Assembly: GCA_964106915.2 (NCBI GenBank)
Contig: OZ066914.1
Strand: one strand, 5' to 3'
From: Podarcis gaigeae
Taxonomy: Eukaryota
Length of the DNA: 64,000 bases
Part shown: positions 26,301-38,300 of the stretch, piece after piece
How the letters are laid out: each line of letters begins with the position of its first letter
Numbering within the stretch: position 1 is the stretch's first letter
The notes under the pieces: generated by a model
What the model saw: the letters and a program-made list of their open reading frames with translations, nothing else
Database searches by the model: none
Told to the model about the DNA's origin: nothing
Made by a program: the position numbers and the translations under genes

Positions 26301-29300
26301 TGCTGCCTCGATCCTCTGTGTTAGTGTGGAAGGCAGATTCATCCCAGGGACAGCTGTGGAAATGATGTACATTGAAGCGTAAGGAAACTGTTCCAGCAAT
26401 GATTATATTTATACTTGTGACTAATACCCACTGTGCAAGTCCAGAGCCCCATGCAGGTTCAGAGTCAATTTGATGTGTTGCGTAGTGAAAGAGAATAAGA
26501 TGCGAGTTGGCAAGCTAATGATTCAAATGTTGGGCATGAGCCTGCTGTATAGATGTCTCCGATTCTCAGCTCCCCACTTACAATATAGAGCTGTTGTAAG
26601 GGCTACTGAGGCCCCAAACCAGATGTGTGCAGATTTGGTAAACATTAATTTGCCACTTTCATCGTAAAGTGGAGATGAAGAATCTATATGCATTTTTTTA
26701 AACAAAAAAGAGTACAGAGGGGAAGCGATTCTTGGCCGCCTTCCCAGAATTCTGCTTGAAGACCCCCCCTCCCTTATTAACTTTCAGTATCTGAGACAGC
26801 CTGAGGGACAGAGGGTTAAAAGCAGCAGAGCAGAGGTAAAGCAAGGGAGGTGGAGGGTTGCACTCCCACCCCCACTAAATTTAATGACAAAATACTCCCC
26901 CAGCACCCCCCATTGGCAGCGGCATCTTTAGCAAACATGTGCATATCTGGTTTTTGACCTGAAGATGTATGTGAAATGCTTTGAATGCACGTAAGCCCTT
27001 ATATGGGGATGCGGGAGGCGCTGTGGGTTAAACCACAGAGCCTAGGACTTGCCGATCAGAAGGTTGGCGGTTCGAATCCCCACCACGGGGTGAGCTCCCG
27101 TTGCTCATTCCCTGCTCCTACCAACCTAGCAGTTCAAAAGCATGTCAAAGTGCAAGTAGATAAATAGGTACCACTCCGGCGGGAAGGTAAACGGCATTTC
27201 CGTGCGCTGCTCTGGTTCACCAGAAGTGGCTTAGTCATGCTGGCCACATGACCCGGAAGCTGTCTGCGGACAAACACCCGCTCCCTCGGCCTATAGAGCG
27301 AAATGAGTGCCGCAACCCCAGAGTTGGTCACGACTGGACTTAATGGTCAGGGGTCCCTTTACCTTTACCTTTTAAGCCCTTATATGAAAGTCAAGTGGTG
27401 TTGTTATTATGCCTCTTACTATTATAGTTTTATCTAAGTCAGGAATCAGAAGCCTATGGTCCTTCAGATTTTGTTAGACTCTAGCTCCCATCAGCTTGAG
27501 CTAGCAGGGCCATTTGGCAGGAGTGGTAAGGGTTGCACTACAGCCGCATGTGAAGAGCCAAAGTCCCCCCCCCACCTGATTTAAGTCCTGTGCTTCCAGT
27601 GGTTCACCTGACCTCTGTTTCCATAAACTAAACTCTCTAGAGCTGCTGATGTGATATATTTAACTATTTTAAAATGCAGCTGAACTTTGCCACGGATGCT
27701 TGAGAGCCAGTTGCTGCTTAATAAACAGCTTAGCTTAAAGATGCCAATATTAAAGCTGTTATTCTAAACTCTGCTACTACACTCTATAATGCTTAATGGT
27801 AATATTTCAGCTCATGTGGGAAATTGATTGTAATATTGCCCCTTGGTGGTTGGATGAATTAGTACAGGTCTCCAAACATTGAATCTCAAATCAGTACAAT
27901 AATTTTGGGGATACACTTGCACAGAGCTTTGAAGAGAAGCCAAAGTTGTTTTTTTAAAACAAAAAAAAATTCCTTCCAGTAGCACTTTAAAGACCAACTA
28001 AGTTAGTTCTTGGTATGAGCTTTCGTGTGCATGCACACTTCTTCAGATACGCATGCACACGAAAGCTCATACCAAGAACTAACTTAGTTGGTCTTTAAGG
28101 TGCTACTGGAAGGAAATTTTTTTTGTTTTGACTATGGCAGACCAACACAGCTACCTATCTGTAACTTGTTTTTTTAAGTCACCCCTTTAAATATGTAGTA
28201 TATATGTGGAAATATATAAAGCAAATATATCTGGCAGACTGAAAGGTACAACTTTGGTATTAATCTGATAGAGGGAAGAAGGAAATCTAGAAATGTACTG
28301 TGTGGTATATTCCATGCTCCTGTAATGATTTGAATTTCTTATATCATCTTTCTTGGTTTTTTCCTTTAGGACCTTATAGTTGATCAGACAATAGAGAAGG
28401 TTTCTTTCTGTGCTCCGGACAGGAATTTTGATAGGGCATTTTCTTACATCTGTCGAGATGGCACAACACGACGCTGGATCTGTCACTGCTTTATGGCTGT
28501 AAAGGACACGGTAAGCTGCTTTTAGGATCACAAAAAAGGAAGAGGCCATTTCCAAATTATGTCACTTGTCTAGAGAAATTTAGCTTTCTTGTGGCAATCT
28601 TGTCTTTTAAGAGCAGTGCATTCAACAGGCTCAGATATTTGAAACTGGAATGTTAAAATGCTGTAGCTAGTGTAAATCATGTATGTTTCTTAATACAAAC
28701 AAGGAACCTAATGTGCTTACAGAGCATGGATTGCCATTTTAAAAAATGGTACAGTATCTGCATTATGGATTTTATAGCACCAATATTTCAGTATATGAGC
28801 TGACTGAACAGCATTAACACCTGGCAGCTAAAATATATATTTAAAGTCTTAATCCATGTGTATGTCTCATGTCTCTCATAACCTGTGCTTTATCTGGATG
28901 TAATAGTTCTGAATTCTGCTGACCAGAATTTGTACAGAGAAGGGAAGCTTGCACTGAGTGCCAGCTATTATTTGGCAATGTTTGGAGGAAATATGTAGTT
29001 CCATTTTGGTTTCTAAATGACGCAATATCTTTTCAGGGAGAGAGGTTGAGTCATGCAGTTGGCTGTGCGTTTGCAGCCTGCTTGGAGCGAAAGCAAAAGA
29101 GAGAGAAGGAGTGTGGGGTGACTGCCACCTTTGATGCCAGCAGAACCACATTCACAAGAGAGGGGTCTTTCAGGGTTACTACAGCAACTGAACAAGCAGA
29201 AAGAGAGGAAGGCATGAGGCAGATACAAGACACAAAAGGTAATGGGGTACAAGTCTGGCTATTGGGAAGTTCTTAATCAAACTACCATTTTACCTGGCCT

Positions 29301-32300
29301 GTCATTTTAAATAAAAGTGAGATTATGAACCCTACTGCAAAATAACTTCATTATACCTTTTGATAAGGTTTTGGACCTAAAATATCCTCAGTAGGCTCCT
29401 GAGAGCTTTGGATTTTGCAGAAACAGAGATATAGTGTGTTGTGTATTCTGCGAGTTAGATTGAGGAGGAGGGATTAGTGTAACTCATTAATTTCCCGTGT
29501 TTCTGAGCTTGATTTGTCTAATATAGGCATGGAGAACCTTTGACCCTCTAGAAAGGGCTGTGCTACAACTTCCATCATCCCTTGCCATTTGGCCATTCTT
29601 GCTGGGACAGGTAGGAGTTGTAGTTCAGCGATCTCTGGAGGGCCAACATTTTGCCACTCCTAGTCTAATACTTTGGTTTCTTAAATACTAAAGGAGCACC
29701 TGCAGATTTCATGGCCTGCAGCACTTCAGAGCCAGTGATCTTGGAAAAAGTAATAATGATTTACCTAGTTGGTTAAGAATAGAAGCTGTCTTAACACATA
29801 GACTCTCAAACAATGGTTGCATCTTCATGACAAGATAGAGCAGATAATCTTTTAGTACACTTACCGTATTTTTCATCCTATAGGACGCACCTCGTTTTTT
29901 TGGGGGGGGGAATGAATAATAAAAAAATTATTCCCCCCCCAGCCGCGGCTGCTGCCCCAAGCCTTGCACACACCGGCCCGAAGCACAGGGCGCCTTCTGG
30001 AGGGCGCTGCGTGCTTCGGGCGGCATGCTGCCGCCCCAAGCCTTGTGAGCCCGCGGGAACTCCCACCGGGCTTGCAAGGCTTGCGGATAGCTTCCTGAAG
30101 CCTGGAGAGCGAGAGGGGTCGGTGCGCACTGATGCCTCTTGCTCTCCAGGCTTCAGCGAAAGCCTGCATTCGCCCCATAGGACGCACACACATTTCCCCT
30201 TTATTTTTGGAGGGGGGAAAGTGCGTTCTATGGGGTGAAAATTACGGTATATTTTCACTCTTGACTTCGTAGACATGTATTTGCCCCCTACATATTAGGT
30301 TCCCCCCACCCAGCCCTTTAAATAATGACTGAAATTGTTAGTTTCCTTTAGAGGTATGTGGGGCATAGGCACCAATACAGTTGGGAAGTGTGTAAATTAA
30401 GAAGTGGAAGAAGGCGGCAGGTCTTGGAGCTATTCTCGAACAAATCATTTAAATGAGCTTCTCTGTCCCATATCTTGGCGTACTGTTGCTTATTTCACCA
30501 CATTTAATTCAAATATGCCTGGAAAATGCTTAATGTAGAACACAATATTCTGATAAGATGTTTGCAATTTTAGTTTCATTATCTGGAACGACACACTGAA
30601 GACCAGATTCTACTACCTGGTCCTGCTAGTGGAAGCCTGCTCAGGGACTTCCACTACTGCAATGGGGGCTTTCCCCTTCTCTCCACTCCTTGCCCACCCA
30701 CCCCAAATTGGCTTGTTGGGGGGGGGGGGACTGGGGCAAACTGCAATACAGTATGTGAGGGAAGCTTATTCCATTGGGAAAGCAAGAACGCTTAAACTGA
30801 TAGGATTTTTGAAAAAGCGAAGCACTGAATTGCTCCCTATACATTTCTGTCAAATCTCTGACAGATCAATGTGCAGCATCTCCATGGCTCTTTGCTATGC
30901 AAAAGCCATTCATTAATGGCTTATTATTTTGTGTGATGTCTATGAAATGTTCAAACAGATAAAAGACTTAAATCCAGCTCTAGAGGGCCATTTGTAGTGA
31001 ATTCGAGCATAAACAATAGCAAACAACCAAACCCACAGCAGAGTATTTCAGAGGGCTTAAAATCTTGATTAAAAGCAGCAGCTTTAACTGCCTTCCTAAA
31101 CGCAAGCCGTGAAACCAGTGCAGATCTCTCAAGGGAGTTCCAGAGGTGGGGGCAGCTACAGAAATGCCCCTGTCGTATGTTATGGATACCTGAAGGGACA
31201 CTGAGAGGGGCCTCTGTGAAAGATCTACGTTCTCAGGCAAGATTATATGGAAGGAGGAGGTGGAGGAGGCATTTCAGGTAATCTGGCCACAAGCCATTTA
31301 GGTCTTTATAGGTAAAAATGAGGACTTTGAATTGCATTCAGAAAGGAATAGGTATCCAGTGCATTTGTTACAAAAGGGGAGTAACATGAGTCCTATACCC
31401 CCTATACCCCCATAAGATGCCTAGCTGCAGCAGTCTGAACCAAATGACATTTCTAAACAGTCTTCAAAGGCAGCCCCATTTAGAGTGTGTCAAGATGAGA
31501 GGCGATTTGCTCCATCCTGATCTTGAAACAACAGAGCAGTAGCAGTGAAGGCGGAAAATGGAATTAATAACGAGTCATTATTATCGTTGAAATGTTTGCT
31601 AAACTAACCTGGATAGATTAAGAGACTAGTTAATTGTACCGAGCACTGTCTCTCCAATAGACATGATAAAAATGCAAAAAACAATTACTGTAGAANNNNN
31701 NNNNNNNNNNNNNNNNNNNNNNNNNNNNNNNNNNNNNNNNNNNNNNNNNNNNNNNNNNNNNNNNNNNNNNNNNNNNNNNNNNNNNNNNNNNNNNNNNNNN
31801 NNNNNNNNNNNNNNNNNNNNNNNNNNNNNNNNNNNNNNNNNNNNNNNNNNNNNNNNNNNNNNNNNNNNNNNNNNNNNNNNNNNNNNNNNNNNNNNNNNNN
31901 NNNNNNNNNNNNNNNNNNNNNNNNNNNNNNNNNNNNNNNNNNNNNNNNNNNNNNNNNNNNNNNNNNNNNNNNNNNNNNNNNNNNNNNNNNNNAATGATAA
32001 AAAGGTCTCTTTAGCCAATATCCCTGTATTAACTTTTTCCTGCTATTTTTTCTCGCAGTTGAAACTGATGTGAAAGCGGCGGTGTCAAGTGTTGTACCTG
32101 GCAATACAGCCCCATCACCAAGTTCCCCAACCTCTCCTAGTGCTGAGGTTGCATCCTCTGCTGACAAAGAGTCAAATAACCCCCATGCTATCCCACGAAG
32201 ACACGCTCCCATAGAGCAACTAGCCAGACAAGGCTCGTTCAGAGGTTTCCCTGCTCTTAGCCAGAAGATGTCCCCATTTAAACGACAGCTCTCTTTGCGA

Positions 32301-35300
32301 ATAAATGAGCTCCCTTCAACGGTGCAGAGGAAGAGCGACTTCCCCATGAAAAACTCAGGTAGGGCAAAATTTATCCCCATGTCCTTAGTACACTTGGATG
32401 CAGCTTGAGCTCACTTGATCACCACATTTGAGAGAGATCTCTATAAAGAGATGTTATGATCCTCTACCCCTCGTACCTTCACTGTTTCTTTCTTGAAATC
32501 TCAGTGTCAGGCACCAATTTTGTTGTTTGCTCTGCACCAAAGTGTACTTACATTGTGACCTTAACTTCTATAAAATTTCCTCTGTATAATATTTCTGTGT
32601 TCCTCCATTTTTTAATGGATTTTGCCAACTGGCAATTGTGCCTTGCCAGTTGGCAAGTCAAACGGTCTTCCGGAATGGATTACGTTCGACCACCGAGTTT
32701 CCATTGTATTATACATACCTAGCCCAATAATATTTACTATTGTTAAATACCTTTACAGTTTGAATTACATGGAACACATTCAGAGATAGAAATGTATGGT
32801 CTGAACGTCAGGGCCATGAGCATCGTGGTTTAAGTTGACATATTTTAATTCATGTGCTTGCACAGAGGAATGAATTAAACACTTCGTTCTTGTGGGGGGG
32901 GGTTGTTGTTAAGTATTGCTAAATTAGGGCCGGTCCAATATTGCATGGCCATAGAAATATCATGTGAGTGGGGGGAGGAGAGAAGTATGTGCCCTGTGCA
33001 TTCAGTTGACTGCATTCCTGTGCAATTTTTATTCTTATTTTCAGTTCCTGAGGTTGAAGGAGAAGTGGATAGCATTAGTTCCCTGTGCTCCCAGATTACA
33101 AATGCATTTAGCACACCGTCGGAGGACCCTTTCACCTCTGCCCCTATGACAAAACCAGTCACTGTAGTTGCACCACAATCTCCTGCTTTTCAAGGTGTGT
33201 CCTCTCTTAAGTTTGGGTGCATTCATGGTGTTTGCTACATATGCAATGCTGCTTTCCTCCACCGCCATTGCTTTAATGTCTCTAAGTGTCTTGCAAGTGC
33301 CTTGTTTGTCTCTGAAGTCATTATGCTTTGCTCATTTTATATGCTTTGTAGCCTTTTCCTCAAAAGATGAGGACCCATCCAAAACTATTCAATTAATTAC
33401 ATAAAATGGTTTCAAAGAGAAGATCACATTTTTAGCCTTGAAAACAATTGGTGTGTTGATTTAAATGAGGTACAACTTCAAAGTTTTGATAGCTTTGCTC
33501 AAAGTAACTTAAGACTGGATCCTTGAGACCAATAGTAATCCCAACGAATTTTGGTGAAATACAAAATGTGATTAGAATTTCAGGTTGTGGAGTAGAAAAT
33601 TGATTTCATTAGCCAGAATATCTTTACAGTTCCAAGTTGTTGCACACTTTCTCAATTCAAACCACACCCTTAGTGCTCAGGAAGTAAGAATGTCGCTCAT
33701 GGTCAAGCAAGTAATAATAAAAATAGTAATAAATGGGGAAGAAAGAGGAAGAAGTAAGAATGTGTGGAACGTGAAGTTCACGTCCTTTGGTTTTTCATGG
33801 ACACTTTAAATTTAAGCATGTGGGTAGGATAGTAGAAGTCTGTAATTAATGGCTTTGAATTTTTGGTGCAGATGAACTAGTTTAACTGTTTTGATTAGGT
33901 TATAAAAAAACAGATTGGGTTACATTTGAGTATAAAATGTGGAGGTCGTTTTATTTGCATTCTGCTGGGGAAAAATAGTTGAAAATTACTTGGTTGTCTT
34001 AACACTTGAGTCAACAGGAAATGTAATTTGCATCGTAGAAAATGTCAGTAGATTAACAGTGTGAAAGAGTGGCTGAGATGTTGATGTGTGTTGCATGTTG
34101 GCAGAAATCATACATTTATTTTTAACATCCCAGTCACCTGCATGCCTTGCATGAATTAACAGCATTGATGTTGTCTGCTCCCATTTTAGTTAATGGCACT
34201 GCCTCTGCCTTCAGTGTGCTTACTGCTAAACCAGCTCAAACTACTGTAGCACCCACAGCAATACCAGTTCGTGAAACCAATCCTTGGGCTCTTGCCCCTG
34301 CTGCTCCAGCTGCTGCTAAAACTAGAGCCGCAGCCACTCTTTCTGGTAAGACTGGGCACAGATCCTGTGTGTTGCTTTCAGAGGGTTGAAGTATGTGGTG
34401 CTGGATTAGAGGGATCTTTCATCTAATGCATTGCTTGGGGATTTTTAATATCCAAAGCCATCTGGTTTGAGGCAAAGCAAAGGAATCCATTTATTTTATT
34501 TACAGCCTTTCTGTTTCACTCTTTGCTACAAAAAGCAATTCCAGAGAAGATAACAATAAAATATGCATAAAGCAAGGCAGAGGAATTGCAATTTGAAGAG
34601 AGAAAAAAATCCAGTCTGGCATTACATTCCTGCAAAGGCCTGGGCAAATAGCCAAGTCTTTACCTGGTGCAGGAAGCGCAACTGTGTCTGCACCAGTCTT
34701 ATCTTAGAAGGGAGAGAGTTCCAAATCTGGGGTGCCACCACCAGCAAGGCTCTCCCTTGCAGCATCACCAGCCAGGGACAGTTGTAGGAATAATAATAGG
34801 TGTTCAAGGATGTTTGAGGTGCAGCTTTGTACTTTTACTTCAGTATCTAGGGAAACGTTTAGATGGCTTGAGAGAGGATAAGAATTTACTGCAGGAGCAA
34901 GACTACTTTAGTAGCCAGGATACATCTGCCACCATTTGTAAATTGAAAGCTGGCACTGTAGCAGGGCACATGGGACTTGTCAACCTGGGAGGGTAGCCTG
35001 TCTAGGAGAAGGAAAACTCTGATCCTAAACCTCCTCTGTCCTGTGGGATATCTTCGGGAGAAGAAAAGACTTAAGGCATAAATCCTACACAAATCCAGAA
35101 TGGAGTTCCTAAGACGGTTGGATGGTGCCTTGTATGCCTCCTTCCGGCAACTCCTGCAGCCAGGCTAGTGCCAAATTTATTGCTCTGCTTTCCTTTGGGC
35201 TATATCAGCAAGGTCAAGAGGGGGAAGCCCAGGGCCTCCATCCCCATTGACCATGCTTGCGCCCCAAAGAGGTCACTTTGGTGCTGCCAATACAGTGGTT

Positions 35301-38300
35301 TGACTTCACCCCTGAAGTGCAGCTCATAGTTACTCTAGCAAGGGATGAATCTACTGATTTGGGGGCAGCTGTACATGTAATGTACCAGACATGATCACTG
35401 TTTGCATACCAGTACTTCCCAAACATCCGTACAGTCTTGAATGCATGTATGCATGCATTTTAGCAAGGGTTGCCAGATACATTTACCCGGTGGCATAAAA
35501 ATGCATGTATGTCGTACCTTGCTGCAGTGGAAAACCACAGGTTTCCAACTGGTTGTGCCAGCTGTGTCTGGCTGGACCTCCACATTTCTGCTTACCATGG
35601 GCAAGTAGCTTAGACCTTTGGCATAGCATGATGCCCAAGTGCACAAAGATCCCTCCCTGAAGTTCTGCATGAATTGCGCAGAACTTATGGGAAGTGTCTT
35701 TTTCACACTGTACTTTGGTTGGCTAAAACACCTGTTGCTCAGTGCAGTATGAGATTCCTATTTCACAGATCAGTGTTGAAGCATTTTTTGGAGCACGTAG
35801 AAGCAGCATAAGACTTGCGCTGCTCCTTCTCTAAACTACAGAGCAACATGTGACCTACCCAGAATCCTCTGGCATGTGTAGAGGACTTGGGCAAAGTAGA
35901 GAATCAGTGGTGAAGTCCAGCGATGGCTGACTACTGAGCCAAGCCAAATTTGTACACCCTTTTTTGGGTCAATAAATGTTCATATTTACTGCCTCCACTG
36001 TTGAAAGCAGTGTGCTTCTGAATAACAGTTTCTGGGAATAACACATGGGGAGAAAACTGTTGCACTCAGAACCTGGTTGTAGGCTTTCCACAGGCATCTG
36101 GTTGGCCTCTGTGAGACTAGAGGGGCCTTTGGTCTGATCCAGCAGGACTGGATTTGAAGCAGAGACCTTTCAGAACCCTACAATGCTGTCTGAGGTTCTG
36201 TAAGCCAGAAGGCAGGGACAGAACTTCATGCTTTATGGAACCAAGCATACAAGTTTTACCACTGAGATATAGCTTCTCACCTGATGGCACGTGAGGCCAC
36301 CACCTTGCCAAAGATAAGTAGGCCTGGGTCTGGTCAGTGCCTGGATGGATAACAGCCTGGGAACCAGATATACACTGCCTTGGACTCACGATGGAAGGAA
36401 GGCAGGATATAAATGTAACAAAATTAATGAAAATAAATAGTTGGAAGCAAAGACCCAGAAGCAGCTCCAAGGTGAAGCATCAAAATCTGCTTAAGTTGGG
36501 GATTGTTGGACAGTAGTAATATGCCCTTTCAGATTTGAAGAGTAAAGAAACTCAATAGAGGAGGAGGCAGGGGTTTAGCCTTTGCAGAGAAGAGGGTGGG
36601 AATAAGGCATGATCCAGAAAAGAAGTATTAAGTTGAAATAAGTTAAAAGAAACTGAAATGTTAAGTATTGAATATTACAGAGCAATTAGACAGAGGTTAA
36701 CAGACTGAATTGCGTAGAAAGCGTAAGCAAGGAGTATAAGTGAAGGAAGGGAAAGAACGAAAGCAACAAGCTGTCAGTAAGTACAGTTTCAAACTCTCAT
36801 GCCAGTTTTGGAAATGGTGAATTCCGAGTCATAGAGTTTATTTATTTAGCAGCCAGTACAGATATCACACGCTCAGGCTTGTAATTGGCGATTGGGCCAT
36901 TGCACACCATGTTTGGCAATCTCCCTGATTCCAAAGTGGGGTGCATAAATTCCCCAGTGCCTGTTTGGAATGTCATGTACCTTCCCTTATTAGCCTTTCA
37001 TTTGGCCTAGGGCGGGTGGAGATCCTAAAGTCTGCGGGCCAGTCTTGGCCCTCTAGGTCCATAATGCCGTTTTGGGCAGGTCATACCCCGCCCATGCTGG
37101 TAAAAGCAGGGCTTGACCAAAGCCATGTTATTGATCGCCCAAAGTACCTGAAAACTAGCTGTGCAGAGCCAAGACCTAGCATTGAGCATCAATCATCTGA
37201 GTGATTATTCTGAGTCAAGCATATCAGAGAGCTGCCTGCAGTGCAGATGCACCCAAACTCTGTGGTAAGCAGGTTCATTCCTTCTATTCGAGGAAGGGGT
37301 GACCCCGATTAGTACTGGACTCAAGAGAGCAATTGGGTGCTCTTTGCAGCAGTTTCTCCCACCTGTAATTTGACTGGTGGAAGGGGCAAGCCGCTTGTCA
37401 TTTGTGATGCCGTGTGACTGACAGGATAGCCCCCATCCACCTTTCAAAGTTGGCCTATTTCTAAGTTCTGGCTCCTGGAGCCAATAAAATAAATCACAGC
37501 CCCTGGCCTAGGGGCTGGCAATCTGGTACATTCTTGTAGTCCAGTTACCACGGCTTGCACTTTTCCTTTACTGAGCTTTAGAATGAGGAGCTATTCTACT
37601 GAAACTGAATGAGTGTAAATATTTTCTACTTTGAAAGTGGGACTGGATGTTGTAAAGTCTGTCTTTGGGCATAACTCCAGTATGAACAAGTGCAAGTTCA
37701 CATTTGTCCGATTAATCAAACCTGCTATATTAGTTGTTATATATTAGTTTCATAACAGCAGTTATGACCAGCCTGATCCAATTATGGTTGGAAACTGGAA
37801 CTTCTTCAAGGTCCCTGTTAGATCCTTTATCAAGCAGCAGCGATTAGAAACAGGATGAAGCGTATCCCTTGCTGAGATCTTACCCTAACTTCTGTTTTCC
37901 TTCATAGGTTCCGAGTGGAGTACCAACTCAGGAGCTGCCTCACCGAATCTGTTCCAGGCGAACCACAGACGTACTCCCTCCGAGGCAGACCGCTGGTTGG
38001 AAGAGGTGTCCAAAACTGTCCGGTCCCAGCAGCCACAGCCGCAGCCCCAGCCACCTCCAGCTCCCCAGCCACTCCTCCAGCCTCCTGTGGCTTCTCAAGC
38101 AGCCCCAGCTTTTCCAGGCAGCACCTTCATTGCATCTCAGCCTGTGCCTGTCGGTGTGGTCCAGCCCATGCAACCAGCGTTTATCCCGGCTCAGCCATAC
38201 GCTGTCGCAAACGGAATGCCCTATTCCGCCCCAAGCGTGCCGGTGGTTGGAATCACCCCTTCCCAGATGGTAGCAAACGTGTTTGGCACGGCAAGCCACA

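Noticed and set aside
27006-27085. tRNA gene (B-box GGTTCGAATCC)
   Set aside because: It is the tRNA-derived head of a Sauria SINE with a TSD.
27957-28128. CRISPR-like or canonical miRNA locus
   Set aside because: It is a single inverted pair within a TSD with dispersed homologues elsewhere in the window. No spacer array is present and no known miRNA was recognised.
29864-30276. GC/CpG-rich block with three overlapping ORFs, as a possible CpG-island promoter or gene
   Set aside because: Bounded by TIRs and TA TSDs, so it is a Tc1/mariner-type MITE.
31626-32380. Long ORFs spanning the N run
   Set aside because: Artefacts of the assembly gap.
36295-36366. Functional 5S rRNA gene
   Set aside because: Internally deleted, about 25% diverged and followed by a LINE-type tail; treated as a SINE.
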